A stretch of 56,353 nt of DNA from Lachnospiraceae bacterium (GTDB lineage Bacteria; Bacillota; Clostridia; Lachnospirales; Lachnospiraceae), in assembly GCA_045640845.1 (NCBI GenBank), contig JAZUFV010000079.1, forward strand, positions 1 through 56,353, written 5' to 3'. Positions 34,964 through 44,519 of the stretch are shown in pieces. The position numbers and the translations under genes were made by a program. The notes below the pieces were generated by a model. The model was given only the letters and a program-made list of their open reading frames with translations, was not told the DNA's origin and did no database searches. The number at the start of each line of letters is the position of its first letter. Within the stretch, counting starts at the first letter, position 1.

Positions 34964-37900
34964 TTAATGCTTTCTGCCGCAGGAAGGGAAAAGGCCCAGT
35001 CCGGCAAGAATAAGCAGACTTCCTGCAATGACGGAAGGGAGCGTGCCCGCTGCGCCTGTCTCGGGAAGGACAAGCTTTTTTGTATCTTCCATACAGATGC
35101 CAAAAATATTATCTTCAGTTGTAAAGGTGCTTATGCCTTCAGTAATAACAGAAATCATGCCGTCTTCTGCCACACTGAAAGTGATATCTTCAGAAAGATC
35201 ATATCCTTCCGGAGCATATGATTCATGAATGGTATAAGTTTTTCCGGCTGTAAGCAGGTTTTTGATTCTTTTTTCAGTTCCGTCACTTTCCCATTCAAGA
35301 AGCACATTTCCATTTTCAATAAGCTGCATGCCGGCGCCGGCAAGAGGACGGCCGTTTCCGCCGTCAATCTTGCTGACGGCAATCACAAGTTCCTCTTCTC
35401 CCAGAGTTACGGAAGCTTCTCCTTCAAGAAGCAGGGCAGCGCTTTTTCCTGTAATCCAGCTGAACTTGGCACTGCCGGAACTCATGGCGATCACGCCATC
35501 CAGGCTGCCGTAATACTTCAGATATCCCGGCGGAGCGTAAACCTCCGTTAATGAAACGGAGCCGAGCGGCAGGGCCGGAGAGCCGCTCTTGTCCACATAC
35601 AGCGCAGGGTTGGAATAACCCGGGGCAAGATAGGCATTTGAATAAAGAATGACTCCGTCTGAATCAGTCCTGAAATACCAGCTGCGGCGCGGCGATCCGC
35701 TCCTTGTTTCATTGTCAAAGTAGTCCATCCGGTAAACGGCCCCTTCCACAACCTCATCAGTAAGTATCCGGCCATTGGAGAAAGCGGCTTTTTTGAACCT
35801 CAGGGTTCCGCGGTCAAACGCCGGTTCATCTGCGAATGACACGGAGTTGCTGCCTGATTTAAGCTGAACGGTGGAGGTTTTTACTGACGGGAGCAGATAT
35901 CCCTTCGGCGCTTTTTTCTCCGTGATTTCCGCTTTGTCTCCTATGTACAGGCCTGAGATGGTGAATTTTCCGTTTGCGTCGGTGGAATATGTGGACGCCG
36001 AACCCCACGCTTTGGTGGATGAATCATAGATCCGCACGCTGAACTGCGCTCCCGAGAAATCCTGCGAATACATGGCATTTCCGGAAAGCTGGTTCATGCA
36101 GGCTGTGCCTGCGGAAGAGGTTTTGGTCACTGTAAGGGAAGTGGTCACCACCGCTTCAGGTGATGTAACGGTGGAGCTGCCGCCGGATGAGACGGTGACC
36201 TTGCGGTGAGTGGAGTCCTTCAGGTAATAGCCGGAATCAGGCACCTTATACTCCCTCACATAGTATGTCCCCGGAATCAGATATATGGCCTTTCTTCCCG
36301 TGGAGACCCAGTAGGATGACCCGTTTTTGGTATAAAGTCCGGAGGACGGCGCGGAAGAAGTCTTTTTTGCCACATATCCAACGCCGTTGGCATTAGTGAT
36401 GATCGTGATGCCTGTATAGGTGGAATCATCGCTTTTATAAATATCATAAAGCGCGCCGGCCATGCTGTAGCCATGGGTTTTGCCGCTCTTATTAATGTTC
36501 AGTGTTCCGTAACTGTATGAGACCTTGGCAAGATCCTGTATCCCCACACCGGCAACATATATCCCCACGCTGCCTGTATCATATCCGCGCAGCGCATATG
36601 TCACCACGGTATCATAAACGCTGTCGGCATAGCCGTTGTTGTATTTGAGCCTCCATGTATTGCTGCCGCTGGCAATGTTATAGCCGGTCTCCCAGATGTA
36701 TCGCTGCACGATCCACGTGCGCTCTGTTGAATCCAGCCCGTAAAGTATTTCGCCGTACATGTCCACAAAGAATTTGAGCTTGCAGATTTTTTTGGCGGCA
36801 GCTGATGTATCGGTGGTGCTCAGCCAGTAGGCATCGGATGCCGTTGTGTAATCAACGCCGAACTGGCAGCAGAAGGTCTGTGCTCCGCTCAGCGTGTACC
36901 ATCTGAAAGTCCATGTCTTGGTTTCATAGTCCCAGTTGGCGTCCTTTACCGTGTATGATGCCAGGGTTGTACCGCCCGCTGTCTCGGAGGTATGAAACTC
37001 GCCTGTGAGATATTCGGGGTTCAGCACCGGGTCTCTTTCCGGAACTGCAGGGGGGATATATCCGGGTTCATAAATAAAGCCTTTATTAAGAATATCCGCA
37101 ATCTCTGCCGGGTCATGGCATGAGAGGAAACCGCTCATAAGCGCTGCCGCCTCAGATGTGCTTTGGGAGACAATGTTATAATCAACAGACGCGCCGTAAT
37201 TTGATGTTTCGCGCCGCTTTCCGGTGCTGTCGGCCGAGCCTGTGATGACAGCTTCTTCAATATTTCCGGGGATGAAACCTGCCGCATCGGCCGAGTTGTT
37301 TCCGGCTGCACCGACAACAGTTATTCCGAGGCACGCGGCCTCCTTCACGGCTTCGGCAATCACAGCGTTTTCCGAAAGCGCCCGCGCGCTCATGGAAAGG
37401 TTGATCACTTTCACATTCCGGCTGACTGCATACTGAATGGCTGCATACACAGCGGAGATATCTCCCGAACCGTCATCGTCCAGGGCCTTGATGGAAAGTA
37501 TGGCTGCATCAGGGTTCTGGCTGAGTATTTTTTCCATCATCCTTGTGCCGTGGCCGTTATTATCTTCAGGGTCATCACCGATCATGGAGACGGCTTCAGC
37601 TGCATCCGGCCCTGGAGCACCGGTATCAATAAGGGCAACATCAAAGGCCGGAGCTTCTTCCGGTACGGCTTCCAGTTCAGCAATGGCATTTTCCAGTTCA
37701 GACAGGGGATTATCATCCTCGGTCATGACCCGGATGGACGCATCCTCCGCTGCAGAAGTTTCTTCCTCCGTGACATCTTCAGTGGCAGCTTCCGCAGAAG
37801 TCTCTGTCAAATCATCATCCGCCGCGGCTATTCCCGTATCGGGCTCAATTATATCGGCCTTTTCCAGATAAAATCTGTAAGCCTCTTCTGCCGCCGCTTC

Positions 37901-38152
37901 ATCTTCAAACTGAAGCAGGTAAACTCCGTTATATGAAGCGATCAGCGCAGGATCATCCGAAAACAGGCTCTCGTCCGCAGAGACGGCAATAAGCCTGCAG
38001 CTTGAAAAATCAGGCCCCGCAGGTGCAGCCGGCGGCCCGCCCTCATCCGCAAAGACCAAAGCAGCAGATGAAGCAAAAAGCAAAACGAGTAGCGGAAATA
38101 CGGAAAGCAATGCCGCAGCTTTCCTTAAGAAAACATTTTTTTGCATGTTCAA
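34964..38152 (-). CDS. LPETG-anchored surface protein: signal peptide, propeptide-like region, subtilisin (S8) domain, Cys/Gln-motif domain, several CnaB/SpaA-type stalk domains
   Basis: Catalytic triad contexts ALIDTGA, NGHGTRM, GAAGNN and SQSTSEAAALMSG. Stalk-domain signatures YVREYKVPDSGYYL, EITEKKAPKGYLL, LTEVYAPPGYL and IHESYAPEGYDL. C-terminal sorting signal LPETG plus a hydrophobic segment plus GRKH. Confidence 0.9.
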   Translation of the reverse strand: MNMQKNVFLRKAAALLSVFPLLVLLFASSAALVFADEGGPPAAPAGPDFSSCRLIAVSADESLFSDDPALIASYNGVYLLQFEDEAAAEEAYRFYLEKADIIEPDTGIAAADDDLTETSAEAATEDVTEEETSAAEDASIRVMTEDDNPLSELENAIAELEAVPEEAPAFDVALIDTGAPGPDAAEAVSMIGDDPEDNNGHGTRMMEKILSQNPDAAILSIKALDDDGSGDISAVYAAIQYAVSRNVKVINLSMSARALSENAVIAEAVKEAACLGITVVGAAGNNSADAAGFIPGNIEEAVITGSADSTGKRRETSNYGASVDYNIVSQSTSEAAALMSGFLSCHDPAEIADILNKGFIYEPGYIPPAVPERDPVLNPEYLTGEFHTSETAGGTTLASYTVKDANWDYETKTWTFRWYTLSGAQTFCCQFGVDYTTASDAYWLSTTDTSAAAKKICKLKFFVDMYGEILYGLDSTERTWIVQRYIWETGYNIASGSNTWRLKYNNGYADSVYDTVVTYALRGYDTGSVGIYVAGVGIQDLAKVSYSYGTLNINKSGKTHGYSMAGALYDIYKSDDSTYTGITIITNANGVGYVAKKTSSAPSSGLYTKNGSSYWVSTGRKAIYLIPGTYYVREYKVPDSGYYLKDSTHRKVTVSSGGSSTVTSPEAVVTTSLTVTKTSSAGTACMNQLSGNAMYSQDFSGAQFSVRIYDSSTKAWGSASTYSTDANGKFTISGLYIGDKAEITEKKAPKGYLLPSVKTSTVQLKSGSNSVSFADEPAFDRGTLRFKKAAFSNGRILTDEVVEGAVYRMDYFDNETRSGSPRRSWYFRTDSDGVILYSNAYLAPGYSNPALYVDKSGSPALPLGSVSLTEVYAPPGYLKYYGSLDGVIAMSSGSAKFSWITGKSAALLLEGEASVTLGEEELVIAVSKIDGGNGRPLAGAGMQLIENGNVLLEWESDGTEKRIKNLLTAGKTYTIHESYAPEGYDLSEDITFSVAEDGMISVITEGISTFTTEDNIFGICMEDTKKLVLPETGAAGTLPSVIAGSLLILAGLGLFPSCGRKH

Positions 38153-38284
38153 TCCTTCCCTATAATTCAGAGCAGTTCAGACTCTTTATTAAATTGATTT
38201 TGAGGACGGAAGCCCATGACGCCCGCCGAGCCCGGCAGAATGCGCTTCCGCAAGAAGAATATTCTTATGGATATATAATAATTT

Positions 38285-38323
38285 ATGGCAGACAAAAATT
38301 CAAGTATAATTTTTGTCTGCCAT
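38285..38323. terminator. Perfect 15-bp-arm hairpin between the Mo-enzyme gene end and the subtilase gene start
   Basis: atggcagacaaaaat-N9-atttttgtctgccat. The flanks are AT-rich but there is no clean U-tract on either strand. Confidence 0.45.
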
Positions 38324-38391
38324 TAATAAAATTTAATTTAGTTGACTAAAGTTACTTAACCGTATAAACCTGACCGGAACCGGACTCCCTG

Positions 38392-41145
38392 CTACTCGGC
38401 AAGCCATCCTTCCAGGCAGACTCCGCAGGCCTCATCGATCTTGCGTTCAAATGCCTCAGGATAATCGCGCATCCATCCGGCCATTTCCTCATCGGAAACT
38501 TTTTCAACTTCAACAAGATAGCCTGTTGTTGCCATGCCCGTTGCATTTGCGGATGTGATATTTACAGGGCAGATGGTATTGATTGCTCCGCCTCTGTCAA
38601 GCCAGCCCGGAATGATAGGGTCAAGACGTGATCCGTGGTCAACATAGCATGAGCTGTTGTTTATACGCTCGGTTACATATGCCCCGCAGAGCACGATGCC
38701 GCGGTCATTATAAACCTTAACGATATCGCCGGTCTTTATGCCGCGCTTTTCAGCTTCTTTATGGTTGATCCAGCAAGGCTCATAAGCATAGCCGTCCTTG
38801 CCGCGAACCTTCATTGTCTGGACTTCCCTGTTCCATATGATGTCATCACACTGTGCATGCATACGCCATCTGCCGTGGTTGGAAACCATAAGCAGAGGAT
38901 ATTTTGCCGAACGTTCGCCGCCGAGTCTTTCATCGTGTGAAGGTCCGTTCTCAACCCAGTGAGCAACAGGAGGTCTTTCACTGTCCTCAGGAAGCTGCTC
39001 TTCCATGTTCTTTGAGCTGTACTCAAGAAGGCCGGTAGGCGTTGTGAGATGGTATGCATTCGGGTCATCGTGGAAGATGCGCAGCCCCGGAGGTATGGCC
39101 TGGATGGTTTCCTCATCCTTACGCGGAAGGATGACCATCTGCTTTTTGTCAAGCTCTTCCCAGGTGATGAGCTCTTCAACGCCGGAAGCGCTGTAAAGCA
39201 TCTTTACAATATCTTCCTCGGTGTAATTACCGGTGAATTTTTCATAATATTCAGGTCCCAGTTTCTTTGCGACCTCTGCGCAGCACCAGAAGTCATCCTT
39301 GGACTCGCCTATGATGTCAACGCATTTGTCTTCTTTGTAAATGCTGACATATGTGCCCGAGCTGGTGTCATTGCCAAGGTCATTAAGCTCAAACTTGGTT
39401 GCCACAGGAAGGATGAGGTCTGCAAAGAGACAGTCATTTTCCATCCACGGATGCTGTGCGATGATAGTTTCAACAGCTTCGCTCCTGTAACCGTCAATAA
39501 AGGAGTTTCCTCCGTTCCAGCATGTAACATTGCAAGGCGTATCGGTCCAGATCATGTGGATTCTTGAAAGGCCCGGTCTTGGGAATTCAAACTTCCTGAA
39601 CTGCGACTCAGCACTTGAATGGAAATGAGGTGTAGGAAGATTCGGATCAGGGTTCTGTCTTACCGGTGCCCATGCGCATCCATACCATTCAACATGATCT
39701 TCAAGGAGAGCCTTCTGTACGAGGCATCTTGGTATGCACTGTGATACAGGAGCATGATGCTCTGTGAGTTTGCAGAATCCCGGAGCACGCTTCAGCATTG
39801 CTTCCGAATTCTTTCCGCGGCCGATGTTCAGCTCCGGATCAAGGGCAAGATCTTCAGGAAGGGCCGGCATGTTGTCGCTTGTACCCAGCTGAGGAACCCT
39901 GTAAAGTTTTTCAGGCTGGTAAGGGATTGCCCAGTCATCTGCGGATGCAACGTCCCATTCAAGCATCTTTGCCTGATGAACGCCCGGTCCGCCCAGGCCC
40001 TGCATGCCCAGAAGCATAACTTCAAGTCTGCCCGGCTCAGATGAGTATGGCCCTCTTATAAGGCCGCCGCCGTTTCCGTGAAGGATACTGGTCTTTTCTT
40101 TTGCCCACTGCCTTGCAAAAGCCTTGATGGTCCAGGCAGGGACACCGCATTTTTCACTTGCCCACTTCGGGGTCTTCGGCTGGCCGTCTTCCTCGCCGAG
40201 AACATAGGCTGTGAACTTGTCAAAGCCATAGGCATGAGTTGCTATATATTCCTTATTATAAGTACCTTCTGTAAGCCAGGTATAGGCAATGGCAAGCTGG
40301 AAAGCTGCATCCGTATTCGGAAGGACAGGAATCCATTTGTCAGAATGGGCAGCTGCGGCATAGTTAAATGCCGGATCGATGAAGATGCTCTTGATGCCTA
40401 TGCTTGAGAAGAAATAACTGAGGTTTGAAGGCAGGCAGCTGGTTATGCCCAGAGGAGTAACCTCACTGTCACAGCCCCAGTAGAGGACAGTGTCGGAATT
40501 CTGACAGATATCCGGATAGAGGTTGGCGCTTGGGGACATCTCGCCAAGAGGCTCGCAGCCCCACACATGGCGGGCACCAAGATGCCATCCTTCCCATGAA
40601 TCCATATTGCGCACCTGTACGGTGTAAGGACCCACAAGGCCCACAAGCCTGTTAGGGCAGCCCTTATATGCCACATGCTTGCCTTCGCCGTGGCCGTCGG
40701 ACTCAACCAGAATGGCAGATGCACCGTATGTATTCTTGATACGCATAAGCTCATCAGCTGCAATCTGAGCAGCCTCATCCCAGCTTATGCGGACGTATTT
40801 GGATTTTCCCCTGTTTTCAGGATGACGCTCACCCTTAGGATCCCAGTCAACCCTCTTCAGAGGCCAGCAGACCCTGTTCTTTGAATAAACCCTGGTCTTA
40901 TATGTAAGGCCGAAAGGAGAAAGCGGTGCACGGGAAGGAGAAGAGAGTTCCTTGCCTCTTGCACGTATCGTCCATCGGTTTTTCTTAACTTCTTCAGGGA
41001 AGTTTTTGGCAAAATCAAACGGCCTGATCCTTACAATCTTTCCGTCTTTAACATCAACTACACTAGGGTTTCCGCTGTCACCTACTCCGGTGAGGCTGGT
41101 TCCCTTAATAACGCTTTTATCAACTGAAAATTTTTTGTCAGCCAT
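38392..41145 (-). CDS. Molybdopterin (bis-MGD) oxidoreductase, DMSO-reductase superfamily, cytoplasmic type without an N-terminal Fe-S motif
   Basis: 917 aa from the ATG at 41145 (MADKKFSV..., GGGAG RBS 8 nt upstream; the track ORF starts at 41238). The overall pattern (WDEAAQIAADELMRIKNTYGASAIL, ...DPAFNYAAAAHSDKWIPVLPNTD..., and a C-terminal beta-barrel GDIVKVYNDRGIVLCGAYVTERI) matches this superfamily. No twin-arginine signal and no CxxCxxxC at the N-terminus. Confidence 0.8.
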   Translation of the reverse strand: MADKKFSVDKSVIKGTSLTGVGDSGNPSVVDVKDGKIVRIRPFDFAKNFPEEVKKNRWTIRARGKELSSPSRAPLSPFGLTYKTRVYSKNRVCWPLKRVDWDPKGERHPENRGKSKYVRISWDEAAQIAADELMRIKNTYGASAILVESDGHGEGKHVAYKGCPNRLVGLVGPYTVQVRNMDSWEGWHLGARHVWGCEPLGEMSPSANLYPDICQNSDTVLYWGCDSEVTPLGITSCLPSNLSYFFSSIGIKSIFIDPAFNYAAAAHSDKWIPVLPNTDAAFQLAIAYTWLTEGTYNKEYIATHAYGFDKFTAYVLGEEDGQPKTPKWASEKCGVPAWTIKAFARQWAKEKTSILHGNGGGLIRGPYSSEPGRLEVMLLGMQGLGGPGVHQAKMLEWDVASADDWAIPYQPEKLYRVPQLGTSDNMPALPEDLALDPELNIGRGKNSEAMLKRAPGFCKLTEHHAPVSQCIPRCLVQKALLEDHVEWYGCAWAPVRQNPDPNLPTPHFHSSAESQFRKFEFPRPGLSRIHMIWTDTPCNVTCWNGGNSFIDGYRSEAVETIIAQHPWMENDCLFADLILPVATKFELNDLGNDTSSGTYVSIYKEDKCVDIIGESKDDFWCCAEVAKKLGPEYYEKFTGNYTEEDIVKMLYSASGVEELITWEELDKKQMVILPRKDEETIQAIPPGLRIFHDDPNAYHLTTPTGLLEYSSKNMEEQLPEDSERPPVAHWVENGPSHDERLGGERSAKYPLLMVSNHGRWRMHAQCDDIIWNREVQTMKVRGKDGYAYEPCWINHKEAEKRGIKTGDIVKVYNDRGIVLCGAYVTERINNSSCYVDHGSRLDPIIPGWLDRGGAINTICPVNITSANATGMATTGYLVEVEKVSDEEMAGWMRDYPEAFERKIDEACGVCLEGWLAE

Positions 41146-41273
41146 GGATTTTCTCCCGCATTTTTGTTTTGTGATACAACCGTGCCATTTTTTTATTATG
41201 CTTTCAGAAATTTGGAAAATAAAGGGGACAATCTTCATATTTTAAAGGGTAATTTCTATATAATAGAGGGAAC

Positions 41274-41289
41274 TGTCGCATATGCGACA
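41274..41289. promoter_or_regulatory. Perfect 16-bp palindrome in the divergent Mo-enzyme / ABC intergenic region
   Basis: tgtcgcatatgcgaca. It lies 10 nt downstream of a plus-strand TATAAT (41259-41264) and just upstream of a minus-strand TATTAT. Confidence 0.35.
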
Positions 41290-41430
41290 ATTCCGGCTGC
41301 ATGATCCGGCGTTTTTCCAAACCAAAGATTGTGCACGCTGAGGCTGCCGTAATTGACCGGCGGAATGGTAAGTGCTACACTCAAATGGATATTTTGAAGA
41401 TGTATGCAGAAAAGGCAGAAAGAAAACAAA

Positions 41431-42186
41431 ATGAAAGAATTGCTTAAAATTGAAAAGCTTTGCCGCGAGTTCAAGCTTGAAAGCGGAACGCAGCAGATAC
41501 TTAAAGACATAGACATGACAATATATGAGGGCGATTTTACCATCATCATGGGTTCAAGCGGCTCAGGAAAATCAACCCTCCTCTACGCACTTTCCGGCAT
41601 GGATCAGGCCACAAGCGGCCACATTCTGTTCGGAGGGACAGATCTTACCACGCTTAACGCAGATGAACTGGCCATGTTCAGGCGCAGCCACTGCGGCTTT
41701 GTCTTCCAGCAGATATGCCTTGTGGATTCAATGACCGTGCTTGACAACGTTCTTGCAGCGGGGCTGCTCAACAAGTGCAATAAAAAAGAGCTTGTCAGCC
41801 GTGCCAAGGAACTGCTCAAGGCAGTGCAGGTTGAAGAGCATACATGGTCAAAGTTTCCTTCGCAGATATCAGGCGGAAGGGCCCAGAGAGTGGGGATCAT
41901 CCGCGCACTTATAAATTCACCTGACATTCTTTTTGCAGATGAGCCGACCGGCGCACTCAACTCAAAGACAGGAGGAGAGGTGCTGGATCTTTTCACGGAA
42001 TTCAACAGAAAAGGGCAGTCGGTGATCATGGTCACGCATGATGTGAGAAGCGCCGTACGCGGCGACCGCGTGCTGTATCTGCGCGACGGAAAACTGCTTG
42101 ATGAATGCAAGCTCGGAAAATACGACGGCGATAATGAAGGAAGGGCTAAGAAACTTAACGACTTCCTGGGTGAGATGGAATGGTAA
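41431..42186 (+). CDS. ABC transporter ATP-binding protein (MacB/FtsE/BceA-like)
   Basis: GSSGSGKSTLL, LSGGRAQRVGIIRAL (written QISGGRAQRV), LFADEPTGALN and VTHD. The start is uncertain: 41431 (MKELLKIEKL) fits the family N-termini, and the alternative is the track start at 41404. Confidence 0.85.
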   Translation: MKELLKIEKLCREFKLESGTQQILKDIDMTIYEGDFTIIMGSSGSGKSTLLYALSGMDQATSGHILFGGTDLTTLNADELAMFRRSHCGFVFQQICLVDSMTVLDNVLAAGLLNKCNKKELVSRAKELLKAVQVEEHTWSKFPSQISGGRAQRVGIIRALINSPDILFADEPTGALNSKTGGEVLDLFTEFNRKGQSVIMVTHDVRSAVRGDRVLYLRDGKLLDECKLGKYDGDNEGRAKKLNDFLGEMEW

Positions 42187-44519
42187 AAGGAAAGAATCTG
42201 AATTTCATTATATCCAATCTGCGCCGCTCAAAATGGCAGGTGGCCGCAATATCTTTCCTGCTCATAATTGCTGCCGTCCTTATTAACATATTCCTGTTCC
42301 TGGCAACGGATTTCAGGCAGGATTTCCACAGGGAAAAGGACAGGCTGAACAGCGAGGACATAGGCGCTGTATATCTGAACAACATGCCGGGCACAGACTT
42401 CTCCGGCCGGATTGCAGAGTCGATGGACGGAACCGGGCTGGTAGAGCAGTATGAGATAGACAGCGTCATCACCGCCCCCGGTTCAGTGGAATATAAAGAC
42501 GGGATATTGGCCGGCAACATCACTTTTATGAGCTTTGACGCAGCTTGCGAAAAGCAGATCGGAAAGTATGAGATACTCGAATCTGACGGCAGCGGCATAT
42601 TCTTAAGTTATATATTTAAGGTTGACGGAGGCTGCGAGCCCGGTCAGGATATTTCCGTAAAATCCGGGCCCGAAGAATACTCCTTCAGGATTGCCGGATT
42701 CTACAACAATCTAAACACCGGAAACGCCAACTGCGCCGACATAGTGGTACTTCTTCCCGAAGACGACTTTAATGATATAGCGGAAAAACGCGGCCTGTCA
42801 TACAGGATAAGCATGCTGCTTGAAGAGCCGGAAAAAGCAGAAGTACAGGAATCGGAAATCATTGGCCGCATAAGCGGGGAAAACAAGGCCCTGACTTTCA
42901 TGGGCACATCCGTTTTCCTGAAGCTGTCGGACACAAGATACATTTCAGCGACCATTTTTGAAGCGATACTGAGCGTGGCCGCCATATTGATGATAGCCGT
43001 GATATTGGCCACCATCGCCATCACACTTTCAAATTATATCCGCAGCAATATCAGAAATCTGGGAGCGCTCAAGGCGCTGGGCTACAAGTCGGCCGACCTG
43101 ATCTTCCCCATTGTTGGAGAGTTTGCCGTAATAGCACTTGTCATGGCTGCCCTGGGGACGGCTGCTTCGTACGTGGTTCTGCCGGTTCTTAAAACCGCAC
43201 TGGAGCAGCAGTCGGGCATTCCGTATCAGATCCATTTTCTGCCGGGGCAGGCGGTGCTCGCACTCATTATCTGCATTCTGACTGCAGCCTGTGCAGCCTT
43301 TTTCTCTGTCCTGAAGATCAAAAAAATATATCCGATAAATGCCATCCGTGACAGCGCTTCCGGCAAAAGCACGAAGCGAAACTATTTTGCGCTCGACCGC
43401 TCGCGCATGGGGCTCAACACGGCGCTTTCCTTCAAGAGCCTGATCGCCGGCAGGCGGCACGGCGTACTGCTGTTCCTTTCGATGACAGTCATCGCTTTCC
43501 TGCTGGGATTTTCGGCCTTTACTTACCAGAATGTAATTCTTGACCAGGATGCTGTTATTGACCTGGTATGCGGTCAAAGGGCCGACAGCGTGCTGAGCGT
43601 GCTGGAGGCTTATGAGGACCGGCTTATCTCCGAGCTGGATAATAACAGCGCGGTGGAGCGCTATTACATGTTTTCGTCATCCGCCGTTACTCCCGAGGAT
43701 ATGCCGAAGCTGACGGCCTATGTGGTTAACGCTGACTTTGAGGCCAATGAACAGTTGTGCATCCAGGGTAATTTGCCCGAATCGGCCAATGAAATTGCGG
43801 TCAACTGCAGTTACGCGAAAAAGAATGGCCTCGGGATGGGGGATAAGCTTTCTTTCGGAGCTGAAGATGGGACGGTGGAATTTAGTATCTGCGGTCTGAT
43901 CCAGGGCGCCCTTCATTCGGGACGGGACGGTTTTCTTACGTATGACGGTTATTCGAGGATAAAGGCCCTGCCTTATATCGGCTATCATGTAAACCTTAAG
44001 GAAGGGACTGACGTCGAGGACTTTAACAGGGAAATGTCTAAAAAATGCACTCTGGTGAGCAGCATGGATTACAAGGCATATATAGAATCGGTTTCGGGGA
44101 CTTACATCAGCATTCTGATCATGGCGACTATTGTTGTGGTCGTACTTAGTTATGTCATCGCGGCGATAATCCTGTATATTCTGCTTTCCATTCAGCTGGC
44201 CAATAAACGCAGGGAGTACGGAATTCTCAAGTCGCTGGGATTTGTCACGAGGGATCTTATTTATCAGACGGTTTTCTGCAACATGCCGCCGTGCGTTCTG
44301 GGCGCAGCTGCCGGCCTTCTCATTTCCAGAACGGGCGCCGGCGAATTACTGACGAGCGCACTCAACGGCATAGGCATTTACTCGTTCGGAACACCGACGA
44401 AAGCTATTTATCTTGCCGTATCCGGACTTGCCATTATTTTATTTATAGTGGTGTTCTCAATTCTTATGTCCGGCTCGGTGCGAAAGATCACCCCGCATGA
44501 GATGTTTAATAAGGAGTAG
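42180..44519 (+). CDS. FtsX-family ABC permease with two FtsX modules (779 aa)
   Basis: Overlaps the ATPase stop by 7 nt. Architecture is TM1, a large extracytoplasmic loop, three TMs (LGALKALGYKSADL), then a second TM-loop-3TM module (YGILKSLGFVTRDL). Confidence 0.85.
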   Translation: MVKGKNLNFIISNLRRSKWQVAAISFLLIIAAVLINIFLFLATDFRQDFHREKDRLNSEDIGAVYLNNMPGTDFSGRIAESMDGTGLVEQYEIDSVITAPGSVEYKDGILAGNITFMSFDAACEKQIGKYEILESDGSGIFLSYIFKVDGGCEPGQDISVKSGPEEYSFRIAGFYNNLNTGNANCADIVVLLPEDDFNDIAEKRGLSYRISMLLEEPEKAEVQESEIIGRISGENKALTFMGTSVFLKLSDTRYISATIFEAILSVAAILMIAVILATIAITLSNYIRSNIRNLGALKALGYKSADLIFPIVGEFAVIALVMAALGTAASYVVLPVLKTALEQQSGIPYQIHFLPGQAVLALIICILTAACAAFFSVLKIKKIYPINAIRDSASGKSTKRNYFALDRSRMGLNTALSFKSLIAGRRHGVLLFLSMTVIAFLLGFSAFTYQNVILDQDAVIDLVCGQRADSVLSVLEAYEDRLISELDNNSAVERYYMFSSSAVTPEDMPKLTAYVVNADFEANEQLCIQGNLPESANEIAVNCSYAKKNGLGMGDKLSFGAEDGTVEFSICGLIQGALHSGRDGFLTYDGYSRIKALPYIGYHVNLKEGTDVEDFNREMSKKCTLVSSMDYKAYIESVSGTYISILIMATIVVVVLSYVIAAIILYILLSIQLANKRREYGILKSLGFVTRDLIYQTVFCNMPPCVLGAAAGLLISRTGAGELLTSALNGIGIYSFGTPTKAIYLAVSGLAIILFIVVFSILMSGSVRKITPHEMFNKE

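Noticed and set aside
37224-37936. Ala/Ser-rich + strand ORFs inside the subtilase gene
   Set aside because: They are antisense to a gene with a clear catalytic triad and sorting signal, and their composition mirrors the Ala/Glu/Asp-rich sense strand.
41146-41300. Moco riboswitch in the 5' leader of the molybdoenzyme gene
   Set aside because: The leader is short and AT-rich, and I could not find the conserved GC-rich helices and loops expected of the Moco RNA motif.
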